From Hemiscyllium ocellatum (lineage: Eukaryota): 64,000 nucleotides of DNA. The position numbers and the translations under genes were made by a program. Below the pieces are notes generated by a model. The model worked only from the letters and a program-made list of their open reading frames with translations. It searched no databases and had not been told where the DNA came from. Positions 12,314-24,797 of this stretch are shown here, piece by piece (the stretch's first letter is position 1; the number at the start of each line of letters is the position of its first letter). The stretch spans positions 68,377,857 through 68,441,856 of the forward strand of contig NC_083407.1 of assembly GCF_020745735.1 (NCBI RefSeq), read 5' to 3'.

Positions 12314-13152
12314 ACAAATCGCAATCTAAAATTTATACGCAGCCTATTCGTCAAACCGAAAAAGAAAAATCTTGATTACAAATACTGCATTTATTTCTCG
12401 GTTCGTTTCCTTGCCGTTCTGGCTGGTTCAGATTGTTTGGATCTGCGTGGCAGAGAACGATAACAGAGCAAAATTGGAGCCTACACGATATCATTTGGAA
12501 ATCTGTATATATTTACCCGAAGGCCATCTTTCCACAATTAAATTTGTTTTAATTCCATCAGCACCTACACAGGATTATGCATCAGGTATCAGAGTTTTAG
12601 ATATATGCCTCCATCTAAGTAAAACATAGATTGTACAAGGGACAACTGTAGTAACGTTCACGAGGAATTCCGCGGCGAAAATAGAAATAAACCCTATACC
12701 ACGCCCGCTTAGCTTCTTAGTCGATTCTGGTTGGTTTCAGGGTCGACTTAACCAGTCACAAAATAAAATACCATGTTGGTCTGTTTCTTTTTAAAAAAAA
12801 GATCCCCAATCATAACAGACAACACACAATTATCCAGAAACAGGAATTTCATGGGCAAATTGTGGGATTGCCTGGACAAACTAATGGGAAACTTTGTGAA
12901 TGCGCAGTGTATGTAGATATCAACGTAATGTGGAAATAGCTGTGCGCTGTGTTCTACGAAAACGACATTGTAATCGTTATAGGTGTTGAAACCCGGGCTG
13001 TGTGTGTAAGTGAGGGAAGGCTGCCTCTGTATCCTATACAGGGATAAGCTGTCTTTCAGGAAAACGAACTTTCCCTAAATTGTTGCCTAAAAGGAAGAGA
13101 AGTTAAACATCCTAAACCTTGGACTAAAAATCAGAGTCGGATATCGAGAAGA
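12314..13152 (+). pseudogene. Putative decayed HoxD6 (start remnant 12337-12358; linker and homeobox remnant 12997-13152)
   Basis: ACAAATC...ACGCAGCCTATTCGTCAAACCG resembles ACAAATC...ATGAGTTCCTATTTCGTCAACCCG (MSSYFVNP). 12997-13024 reads AVCVSEG..GC versus HoxA6 AVYGSHGRRGR. 13060-13146 reads ENELSLNCCLKGR---EVKHPKPWTKNQSRIS versus [32 protein letters not shown]. Confidence 0.7.
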
Positions 13153-13675
13153 TTTACTTGTTATTTATTTCCATTTATGCAGTTCGCCACAAGCAAATCA
13201 TTCTTTTCAACCAACATCAAGCTAAAGGATTAAATACATGATTAATACGAAATAAACGTTTTAAATTGAATTGAATTTAAAACGTTAATTGTGTTACAAA
13301 ATATTTTGAATTATTAAGGTGTAATGCTGAATAACAAACGGATCAGATCAACGTCTGTAGTTTCTTAATATTGTACCTATCGTCAGCACAAACCAATTCC
13401 ACAAATTACTTTACATATGCATTATACACAAACCTATACACTTACAAACTTACTAAACAGGAAATTTTTACTCGCATACACATTTTGTGTCTGTGTTCCT
13501 GTATATGTCGTCAGTTAAATAAAATCGAATTTCAGGTAACAGAAATCAGCTTTCATACCCAAGGTTTAACAGGGTTTTAAGTGTGAACCATTTTACAAAT
13601 AAACCTATATGGAAAATAGGTTGCAAAGTGTGAACCTATATAAAGTGCTGATGTGAATCTGGCTTTCCTCATGTT

Positions 13676-13694
13676 TGCCAGCAGGGGGCGCTAC
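13676..13694 (+). promoter_or_regulatory. CTCF site at the Hox5|6 boundary position
   Basis: TGCCAGCAGGGGGCGCTAC is a consensus CTCF motif about 250 bp upstream of the HoxD5 ATG. Confidence 0.85.
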
Positions 13695-13729
13695 AGGATC
13701 ATGCTGGCTAAATCATAGCAAGTATTCTC

Positions 13730-13830
13730 ACTGCATGAATTACCCCCAGGGTCAGGCACAAGAATTTACGACTGGTCAACAAAAGCACGTGATCTAAACT
13801 TGTGCCCCATATTTGGTTGCATACGTAGAA
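13730..13830 (+). promoter_or_regulatory. Conserved paralogue-5 proximal promoter
   Basis: GAATTACC...AATTTACGACTGGTCAACAAAAGCACGTGAT block typical of Hox5 promoters; E-box 13786-13791; CArG-type CCATATTTGG 13807-13816. Confidence 0.75.
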
Positions 13831-13937
13831 AGCAGAGAAATGACATGTGCCTTTTATTTCCATATTTCATTATATATCGCTCGGTCTAGTGCCGAATAAA
13901 CGTCTAAGAACCACAAATCAAAACCCGTTAAAGGCAG

Positions 13938-15060
<1,123 letters not shown>

Positions 15061-16584
15061 CCTGTTTCATCCTAATTCTGGCTATACAATATTACTGTCC
15101 AGATGATCTTTTAAGTTGCAATAGGAAAGGTTGTTTGGCCACATTAGGTACTCCTCTATGAGATGCGTTTATTAATACGTTGTTCTCATATGGGTACAAC
15201 GTCTTGCTATCAATTTACCAAGAAAAGAATACAATTTATCAGTTGTCACCAACAGATGTTAAATCATGTTTTTATACATTGATGGTAATGGCCATGCCTA
15301 AATTTAGATTATAAGAGAAAGAGCGAGAAAGGGGTCAAACGACTTAATGTAGCCAAGCAAGCCATTTATCTCTTGAGAACAGAATGAAGTTGTGCTGTAT
15401 ATCTGGTTTCTGAACAAACGAATCCCATACCGGAATAGAGCTTCGCTAAGATTTTAAATTAATAATATTTTATAAACTTAGATGAATATTGTTCCTGTCA
15501 TCTCTTTTTACATCAAACTTTCTTTTGTTTGATTTTGCCTTGGAATGTTTATGGCACGAGTGTTGCTGTGGTCCCAGGTATATATGTCTTGTATATTCTG
15601 TACAGATATAATGTCTGAATGTCTGACTTTGTCCTATGTACATGAAATAAGTGAGTTTCTTTTTGCCTACATTGAAATAAAGTCAGTTTTATCAATAAAT
15701 ATTTCACCTGGCGTTTGAACTCTAATGATGTGTAAAAAGGCGGACAATTGGTTTCTTGTGAAAAGACAAAAAGCCATTCACTTTCTCATTTTACACCTAT
15801 TCGGTTTGACACCCAAGTTCTCCGAACACTAGCCCCAATGCTTCAGAACTCATAAAAGTTCCTTGGGTTGAACCGTCTTTCAATTTTTTCTGAATTAGAA
15901 AAAAACATTATTGTTGGCAAGAACTGATGGTCGAGTTCATACTATTCCAATAACTTTATTTAATTAAAGAATATGACTCATACTTCAGAAACTCGGCAGC
16001 TCGACTACAAACACGTCAAATGTCCAAAGATAATTTCACAGATTTTACTGAATGGAAGAATAATTCGAGTTTGTTTTTATTAATGGATGTTGACATAAAT
16101 ACTTAGGAAAGTGATGCCGCAATTTATAGGACGTATTGCATAAATTATGTTACTTATAAGAAGGATTTGCAGCAGTATCCATTGCATAGAATAATTTTCC
16201 ATGCTAACTTTTCTGAGAATATTTGTGTTCCGAAAAGCAGAAGGAAATAATAAGCCGTCGAAGCGACAGAAATAGGGAAACAAAGTCATAGGTAGCAGCA
16301 ACTGTAAAAAGACTTGTTTCTCCATTCTCAGTCCACCTATATCTATTTCACTGTAAGTTAGAAGCTATCAGTCACGTATATTTGTAGGGTATTTGCACTT
16401 ACCAAATCGTCTAGATCCCCTTGGCTGCATAAGAACTACTGTCCATATTGCGTATTAAAGTAAGGGCAGCTTATTCTCCAAGGCACGCTTCGTCTGGGTG
16501 CTCAGACGTTTGGCTTTATATTAGTGGGAGAGCATTTCGATGAACCTGACTGTCTTTAGTGAATAAAAGTTTTAAAGTTTAAGG

Positions 16585-16850
16585 GTTATTTATAGGGACG
16601 CCACAGAGCAACGTCCTGACTGGCTACGGAGGGGCACGTGATGTCATTAAACTTTGTTTTATGGTTTGGGAGTTGACAAGCCAAAATATAATTCACATCA
16701 TATATTAGGTTAAGAGCAGACAAGTGCAGATGGTTAGTGTTTTTGAGAGGGTCCGTGGAAAGTGACACCAAGAAGCAAGCTGTCCTGTTCCACGGTTATG
16801 ACTTGGTAGTGTTCTCGTGTCCTGGTACTTTCGCACTGGAAAAACCGCAA
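16585..16850 (+). promoter_or_regulatory. Conserved Hox5-4 intergenic distal promoter and probable non-coding first exon (donor 16851)
   Basis: ACTGGCT-N-GGGGCACGTGATGTCATTAAACTTTGTTTTATGGTTTGGGAGTTGACAAGCC block; CAA|GTAAGT donor at 16851; positionally like the distal Hoxd4 promoter whose transcripts span miR-10b. Confidence 0.65.
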
Positions 16851-19800
16851 GTAAGTTATTTCTAATCGGGAAAAGAGCAAGTGAACGCATGACACCTGAT
16901 GTCATTCGAAGCTCTTGGGCGCATGCACAATTTCTAGGCCAGCCAAAAAAACCAAAATCACAACGCAACGTGAGTTCAGTTTCAACAACTAGCAGTTACA
17001 CGATACATGTTCAATTAGGGAAATTATATCACAATATTCTTAACAAAATATACTTTATATATGTTCTAAAATTTCTAATTATAAGTTCAAATTTATAATC
17101 ATAAACAACGTGTTTTATTATTCTTTTTAACTACTAATTGAAAAATGCAGAAATAAACTATAGTTTTTATCTAACCCTTCAAGCAAGTATAAGTAGAATT
17201 CTTTATTTTTAGAAAAAAGACCTTGTGCTGCACGATCACGTCTGGTAGATATATAATTTTCTTAGGCCAGCTTTGTGTTGTTCCTGCATAAATGTACGAG
17301 ATGAATTGAAAATCTGTTTGGGAAATGTAACCTGATGTGAGAAATAATTCTGCAAGTTTAAAGAAGAGTAAGACAATGTTTGCATATTCTTTGCCGATCT
17401 TCCTCTATATTAATTTGCTGAGATTGTACGACATTTTCAAAGCATTTGTCCGGTTATAGATGCCGCAAATTCGTCCACAGTCACGCAGATTTTCTAACTG
17501 GTCTGATTCCGAACAAATTGGACTAGAAATATAACACAATGGCTAACAATATTCGGCTTAAAGTACTTTTTAAAAAGGAATAAAGTTCTAATGTTTTTTT
17601 TAAAAAAGTTGCAAATCAACTATTCAATATGAGAAGCGCTGTAATAAGAGCACACTGCAATCGGCGAGATCTTGTTCGAAATTCTCAAGGAACCCCTTTT
17701 TATGTCCCGCAGAAATGAGATGTCTCCATGAACCAGCCGTGTTAATTGTTTTTGTTATATAACGACAACAGCTATGACCAGATGTTATTTGAAACATAGA
17801 ATGACATTGCAAGGTTTAAAATTGTTTGAGAGGGCGGACTAGAAATTCAGAAGCAGTGGAAGACGGGATCTGAAATCTGAATTTTCACTCAAAAATTTTT
17901 TTTTTTAGAAAAAATTAAACATGACAGGGGGCTGGTTCTGCCCAAACAGTTGAGTCGAAGGACGTGTAGTTTAAAAAAGTGAAATTGTGGGCAGTACAGC
18001 CAGAAGGAATTCGGATTTGTTTTGTTTTAAATGATAGTTTCGCCCTTTTAACCTAATTTAGTTGAATTGATCACTACGTAATTTAAAATAAAATAAAAAT
18101 GAAGATGTAGAAATTCTTCGAAGTTAGAGAAGTTGGAGTGGCAGCAGAGTGAAAACAATTTCTGCTTTAAATGTTCAATAACACGGCAACTGACGAGGAT
18201 ACCAAACCGAACACTGAGAAAAGGGACATGCCAAGATAAACGAGAAAATATTTGAGAATGGATTACTACCCACACAGGACTTTTTTATTAATGTCGCTTT
18301 TCATTACAGATCGATATTTTAAGCTTACGGATGTATTGTAAAAGTTCAATGAGTGGTCACGTTAACTTATGAACGGTTTAAATGTGCATTCTCAGATGCC
18401 ATTAACAGCTACGACTACGTAAAGGCAATGTTGAAATTGCAGTTTACCTCGAATACATGACAGTACATGCCATTTTAAGTGCTTAAGCAACTTGGAAAAA
18501 AAACTGGTAATGTCAAGTTAATTAGTAGGCCAAAAACAAATGATCGATTGTTGTTTGAAATGCTGCATGTAAAAATACAGATCTGCTTTTGTAAAGGTTT
18601 TTTTTGTGGAGCAAAATGAAAATATTTACCCTTGAAAATAATGTAATGAAGAACTCATGGCGGTTACAGTACTTCAGTTTATTTATGAGTAGCTTGGATA
18701 AGAAAGCCCACGTGTTTATATGTGTATTGAACTCCATCTTTAATGTATGGTTCACTTAATATTAACTGTTGAATTTTTTAAAATTTTATTACAGATATGG
18801 CAGAATGGAGGAAGATCTTTCGTAAGTAATTGTGCTACCTCATAAATCGTGACGAATAATTGGACGCGGTTAATTGTTTCGAATGTGGTTTGTATGGAAA
18901 ATGATTTGGTCACATCATGTGTCTAAATGGGAGCAGTAACCTGGATTCTAACATGGTCCTAGATACAAGTGTGTGTAACTTAACGGTCTTTACGATTCTC
19001 TGTTTAATTTGTACAACGGCATAGAAGAAATGATGTTGCATTCAATTTTCCTGAAAGGAACAAGATTCTTATACATACAGCATAAATTCAGATAAAATAT
19101 AATCGTGTTTAAGTCTTACTGTGATAGTGTCGATCCACAGCCAGATTTAGTTGGCTTGTTATTTTGAACTGGTGATGCTCAACACAGCGCCTCCCAGTGC
19201 AAGGCTGTATTTCCAAAAGGTCATTTGGAGGAAAATTATTGTTTCGGTTTTAATAACATCTGTAAAATCACTTTGTCGAGTGACGTGGCAGTAATTAAGT
19301 CAGATATTTAAAGTGTACTCCTTTAGAGCCAACAGAGGCGTGTAGACAACAGCAAATTCCAAACTCTACAGATGTAATATCACAGCCACTATAAACATGT
19401 AGGTCAACAGCAAGTCTTATGGCTGCCAGTTCATCAAATAAACTGTTCAGCTAACTAAACCAGGGCATTCCTTCTCGTGGACTATATCGGCTAGGCCTAC
19501 GATTTCATATTGCTTTTTGTAATGGTTGACCAATTAATAAAATAATAGTTTATTAAAAGTTCATATTGCTCATTGTAACATTTTGCTACTTTTTAAATGA
19601 AGGTAGGTTTCAGTATTTCGTTGTTGTTTGGTTAGACATGAGTGATTTAGTTAATAAAATGGCGTATTAATATGTTCACAAATATAATGTGACGCTAATA
19701 TTTTAAAACTGCATATTTAAAGAAAATCTGACAATATCAGAGTAACCAAAACCGAGAAAGCCCCACATCAAATTAGGCAGGTTAAAGACCTCTGCTTTCA

Positions 19801-20577
19801 AATGGACAGTAAAACCTCCTCAGTCAAGTTACAATTTAGCTATCAAAAGCCAGTAATAGAGATGTTTATATCCTGTCTCTTCCACGTCAGGAACTGTCAA
19901 TGTTTCTTTTCACCTTAGGTCTACTATTGCTTCGTCACCTTAACTAATTATAATCACTGCTAGGATATTAAATTCAGACATTTACAGATTCCAGTCCATC
20001 TTTACACATAATATCCGATACTATTTTCCCTCCAAGTAACGGCCTCAATAAGTCACGAGATAAACGTCAAACAAGGACTCACTTTAAATAGCTCCAGATA
20101 ATGTTTAACCGGTATTCGTAAAGCAATGGGCCAGCGCAATGGATCCTTCGTTTCAGCACGAAGTTTTACAATGCGAATCTTTAGGCGTTGATAAGTAATC
20201 AACAGTAATTGCTACTGAAAAGCAAAACAGTCTTGCTTATGCTCTGCGGACCTCTGCAAGAAAATGACTTTCTGGGTCACCAGAAAGGTGAACTTTTTAA
20301 AAATCCAATTTGGTTTTTTTAAATTGTTGTACGTATACGTAGGAAGGCCTTTAGCAGACTCATGACAATAATAGCGTTCATTGAACCACTGAATCTATGA
20401 ATAAATATAGGGTTCACTTCCCAAACACTTACTTTGCATTGACATTCTCTAGGTCAAAATCTGGAAGATCAAAAGTCGCAGCACTTGTGTGGGCAGTTAA
20501 AAAAAGAGGTGAATTTTAATCGGGTTTGTTCATCAATAACTCTTTGGCATTGACCTGTCTGAACGAGTCGAGCAGTA

Positions 20578-20594
20578 AGGTGAAATGCAGGTCA
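20578..20594 (+). promoter_or_regulatory. DR5 RARE 5' of HoxD4
   Basis: AGGTGA-aatgc-AGGTCA matches the known Hoxd4 upstream RARE; about 3 kb 5' of the ATG. Confidence 0.9.
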
Positions 20595-22230
20595 CAGCGT
20601 CTAACAAATATTAAAATGCGTAGTACCAATCAGCTTCACAATGTGCGATAATTTGAACTGTAAAGGGAATTGGCTTTCGAAATATCGGCTGGTGCAACGA
20701 TATCTGGGATTTTCCTTGCAAAAAGGCTTTTAAAAGCAGAATTCACTGCTGGTGCATTCGTTGGCGTCACTGGTTGTGGAAAACAGTTTAGCTCTTTTCT
20801 TCCCTAATGCACTGGGGTAAACGAAAAAAAATCACAGGTAAATAAGATTAAACTTTTAGCGAGGTTATTTTTTCTCTCTCTTGCAAAGATAAAATAATCT
20901 AAACAGCAACTTATTTAAGGCTGATGTATAGATTTGAACGTTTGCAGAGGGTCATTTTTGTTCTACAATAAAACGTAGATAAACCGAGACCTTTGTTGTT
21001 CTCGATAGAAACAGCAGCTAAATAAGGAACTGAACATACCCATTTACTGTCAGAAAGTACAGTTTCAACGTTACTTTGTTAATCAGCGTATCTCAAAATA
21101 TTTAGGTGAAATCTTTGTACTGTTGAATACATTTACTCTTTTTTTTCGTTGGCGCACGTTTATAATTATTCCCAGCCTGTTTCGCAAGTGCCCTTTTTTT
21201 TACAAAAAGCACAGCAAGAATGTAAGAAGAGGATTACAGTAAACCTAGCTAAACAGTTAGTTCGGCAAGATTCACACACTTAGAAAAGGTCAGCGTGTGA
21301 CACTCGCTAAAGTGAAAATAATAATGCAACTTTCCGATGTGTTTGTAAATGATTTCAGTCTGACCCCGTGCCCTTCAGCCTTTAACACACAACGCGGTGG
21401 CACTGCAGGGACATTGGGGAGAGCAAAGTAAGGAACCTACAATGCACTCGAGTTTAGAAACCACCTTAGACGTGTGAGGCAAAGGGAGTCCTGATTAGTT
21501 GGCAGATTAAATTATATTTTCTGTTCTTGCATATGGCGAACCAACTGACTTGTGTTAATTAGATGTGGAAGCATACTGCTGGCAGTATTATTTGATCCAG
21601 CTCCCAGGAAATGGTAGAGATTAGAATAGAACAAACAATCGTTATTTTCCTGGGCTGCTATCACTTTATGGAAGGAGCAATAAGTGGAAAACACTTCGAA
21701 ATAAACCAATATTTGTGCTCCCATGTATAACTTGATTAGATTTAGGAATTGTTTAGGCCGGGCGATATTTGTTATAACATCCTGCGGTTTGTTAGTGGTG
21801 AGTTCAAATTATTAGCATCTGGAGCAATTATTGATTCACGCTGGGGCACTTAGTAATGTTAGCTGGAGCGGATCGGTACAAACTGTTTCCTATAAAATCT
21901 CTCTGAAATACGCAGGGTTCATAAACACAGTAACAAATAATAACTTCTGCCTTGTAGACTGTATACACAAGCCCGCTCTGCACGCTGATTCATATTGCTG
22001 CCACTGCCGAACATAGAAATGTTTGTTACCACCTATTAAAAATAAAAGAACGACTTCTGTTATTTTTCAATGGCTAAACAGTTAAGTAGTTTAACAAGCG
22101 CTTTGTCTGGAATTTGCTTGCTTAGCTATTGATAGTAGACCACAATTAACTCTTTGGAGTTCGCTTGCAAGTGCAATCTTTTAAAGCACTTTCCCTTGTT
22201 GTAATTAGTCACCGAATTTGTTTGTAACCC

Positions 22231-22312
22231 GTCGTCTATATATACCCTGTAGAACCGAATTTGTGTGATGTTTCGGTCACAGATTCGTTTCTAGGGGAGT
22301 CTATGGTCGATG
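22231..22312 (+). ncRNA. MIR10B: pre-miR-10 (miR-10b type); 5p mature 22243-22265, 3p about 22279-22300
   Basis: TACCCTGTAGAACCGAATTTGTG is exactly miR-10b-5p; complementary arm ACAGATTCGTTTCTAGGGGAGT; canonical position 5' of Hox4. Confidence 0.97.
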
Positions 22313-23529
22313 CCAACACTACGAAAATCAGCAATTTGCTCTTCGTGGGTTTTACTGCTTCGACTGATTTAGTTCTAAGTAGGACTGAGTAATTGGATTA
22401 AGAATGGCCTTTTTTTGGGTTTTGAATCCAGTTTTCAATATTGAGTGAGCTTTTAGATCTCGCCGCTCAGTTTTGAATGGCTTATTTTGGCTCCCCTTCG
22501 CAATCGAACTGCGATGTTTAACGTGTTGATTTACTGATCATTAGTCGTTTCTAAACTTCCGGATTTACTCTCCGGAAATCTAAGATTACACAAACTTAAG
22601 TATTTCTTTCTCAATGCTGCCCGTTTCCATGGCGATGGCGATAAATTATCTACAAAGATTGGCCTATGGTTTCGTATGGCGTTTGACTAGCTTACGATGC
22701 TTTTGAATTAAATCGGATCAAAATACATTGAAGGTCAAAAGATAAAATTCGAATTATACATCTTACAAACTGAATAGTTAGTTGCTGCGTTAATTTAGAA
22801 AGATCATAGATGTGCGTGAATGTCAGAGGAGAAAAACAAATTGTGAAGAAATTGGAGCGAAAACATTGGAGGCTATCAGATATAAAACTTATATCCTACT
22901 TTGCAGATTTTTAAACTTTCAGAGCAAAGAGCGTTGATCTTGCAATGTCCTTAAGCAACATGTGCAAAGTGTTTTTCTGTGTTAAATGGAGCTTTGTTCT
23001 AATTTTATCGGAGTAGACTATGTTTGTCTTTGAATAACTTTGTCCAGAAGACTTCTTTGCATCGGTAATAGTTGTAATTATTTTCCTCAGCTCCGTTATT
23101 CTTTTTGTTGTCTAACGGGATGCTTCCTTTGTCACCCTGCGTACGCTGGATTGCCGGCCGTTTCTCCAAGTTCCCTCGCTATTGTCACGTTGTTCTCGGG
23201 AGAAAACAACAACAAAAAATACAAAGACGCCGAATGCATTCTCTATCCTTGATTTATTTGAAAAGCGGCAAGGAATGGTGGAAATTCTCTTTTGACAAAA
23301 GAACAAATTACCTGAGCAATATTCGGGCGCTCAGTGAGTGGTCATTATTCTCTCCAAATGGAAACCTCTATTGCATGCATTCTTCGGAATCTATTTGAAA
23401 TACTTAGTGACTGCTGGAAAAAAAACCAAAGACGTTGCAGTTTATAATTTATTTTTAAATCAAGGCTTTCTGGATGAAGTTTGTAAAAAATTGTCATTAG
23501 CTGTTTCCTTATCCGGGAATCGGGCCCGA

Positions 23530-23657
23530 CCTCGCCATTGGCTCGTACAGTCACATGGGTGACTAACTTTATTCAGTTGACAGCAAGTAGGAGGGCTTTA
23601 TGGAACGGGAAAAAAGACAACTCGAGAAAAATTAGTATTTTCCACCTTCAGAAATTA
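23530..23657 (+). promoter_or_regulatory. Conserved HoxD4 proximal promoter and 5' leader
   Basis: ATTGG 23537 plus CACATG 23552; CTAACTTTATTCAGTTGACAGCAAGTAGGAGGG...CCTTCAGAAATTAATG is typical of Hox4 leaders. Confidence 0.75.
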
Positions 23658-24797
23658 ATGACCATGAGTTCGTATTTGATGAACACTAAATATGTGGATC
23701 CCAAATTTCCTCCTTGCGAGGAATATTCGCAAAATAACTACATACCTGACCACTGCCCAGAGTATTACAGTCAGTCGCAGGATTCTGATTTTCAGCACCA
23801 AGGAATCTATCCACGGTCAAACTACAGCGGCCAGTCGTACAGCTGCAGCAACGCTCGGGGCTCTCCAGTGCAGCAAAGGGGTCATGTGCAGGCACAGCCC
23901 GCTCCTCAGAGCCACCTCACAGGGCAGGGGGAGCCAGTTGCACCGCTCCAAGTGTCCATAGGCCGGCCCTGCAGCCAGCAGCAACATAATTCAAAGAACC
24001 AAAACGGCGCAGCAACCAAACAGCCAGCAGTGGTTTATCCTTGGATGAAGAAAATCCACGTTAACACGGGTAAGGACCACTTTTTTTTTTGGTTTTCGCT
24101 CCCCTGCTGCATCGCTTTCCCTGACAAATATTTGCGACCCATTGATATAGGTCTACCGTAAATAACTCCTTCAAGAAAGGATTTATGAGCGGTTTTTAAA
24201 AAGACCGGCAATTACACCCATCATAAATTTTTATTGCTGAGGAAATAGGCCGCTGGCCATGTGGCTGACTCCATGTGAAAACTCGAGCCTGGGATTAACA
24301 GGGACATGTTAGATCTTCAATTCCGAAAGAACTTTAAAGTGATCCTTAATAACATATTTCAACTTCTTGCTAGAGGCACTGTTCCAGTGCAGTGTGGGTG
24401 CAGACATTGTATTTAGGACTGTATGGTGAAAGCATTTGAAAAACTTTAGGTCCAGCTTTGAATGGTTTTTGAATTGTTTTGTTTTTCAGTGAACCCTAAT
24501 TATACAGGAGGAGAACCAAAACGTTCACGAACTGCCTACACAAGGCAGCAGGTTTTAGAACTCGAAAAGGAATTCCATTTTAACAGGTATCTGACAAGAC
24601 GACGTCGTATTGAAATAGCCCACACTTTGTGTCTTTCCGAACGCCAGATCAAAATTTGGTTTCAAAACAGAAGAATGAAGTGGAAAAAAGATCACAAACT
24701 GCCTAATACAAAGACCAGGTCCTCTGGTTCTTCTACTTCCAATCAACAGTTACAAACTGTTTCCAAGGACCAACAAACAGACCTCACAAGTTTATAG
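23658..24797 (+). CDS. HOXD4: Homeobox protein Hox-D4; exon 1 23658-24069, exon 2 24490-24797; about 239 aa
   Basis: [23 protein letters not shown]; [11 protein letters not shown]; G|GTAAG donor; homeodomain [66 protein letters not shown]; D4-like C-terminus [10 protein letters not shown]. Confidence 0.96.
24176..24237 (+). promoter_or_regulatory. Conserved Hox4 intronic element (HB-1 type homeodomain/Cdx site cluster)
   Basis: GGATTTATGA...GGCAATTACACCCATCATAAATTTTTATTGC in the first half of the intron. Confidence 0.7.

Noticed and set aside
12381-12450. Alternative HoxD6 start remnant YCIYFSVRFLAVLAG
   Set aside because: Only loose protein resemblance; the 12337-12358 nucleotide match with the ACAAATC leader is better.
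19186-19200. Reverse-strand CTCF-like motif (GCACTGGGAGGCGCT)
   Set aside because: Several core mismatches; not supportable without ChIP data.
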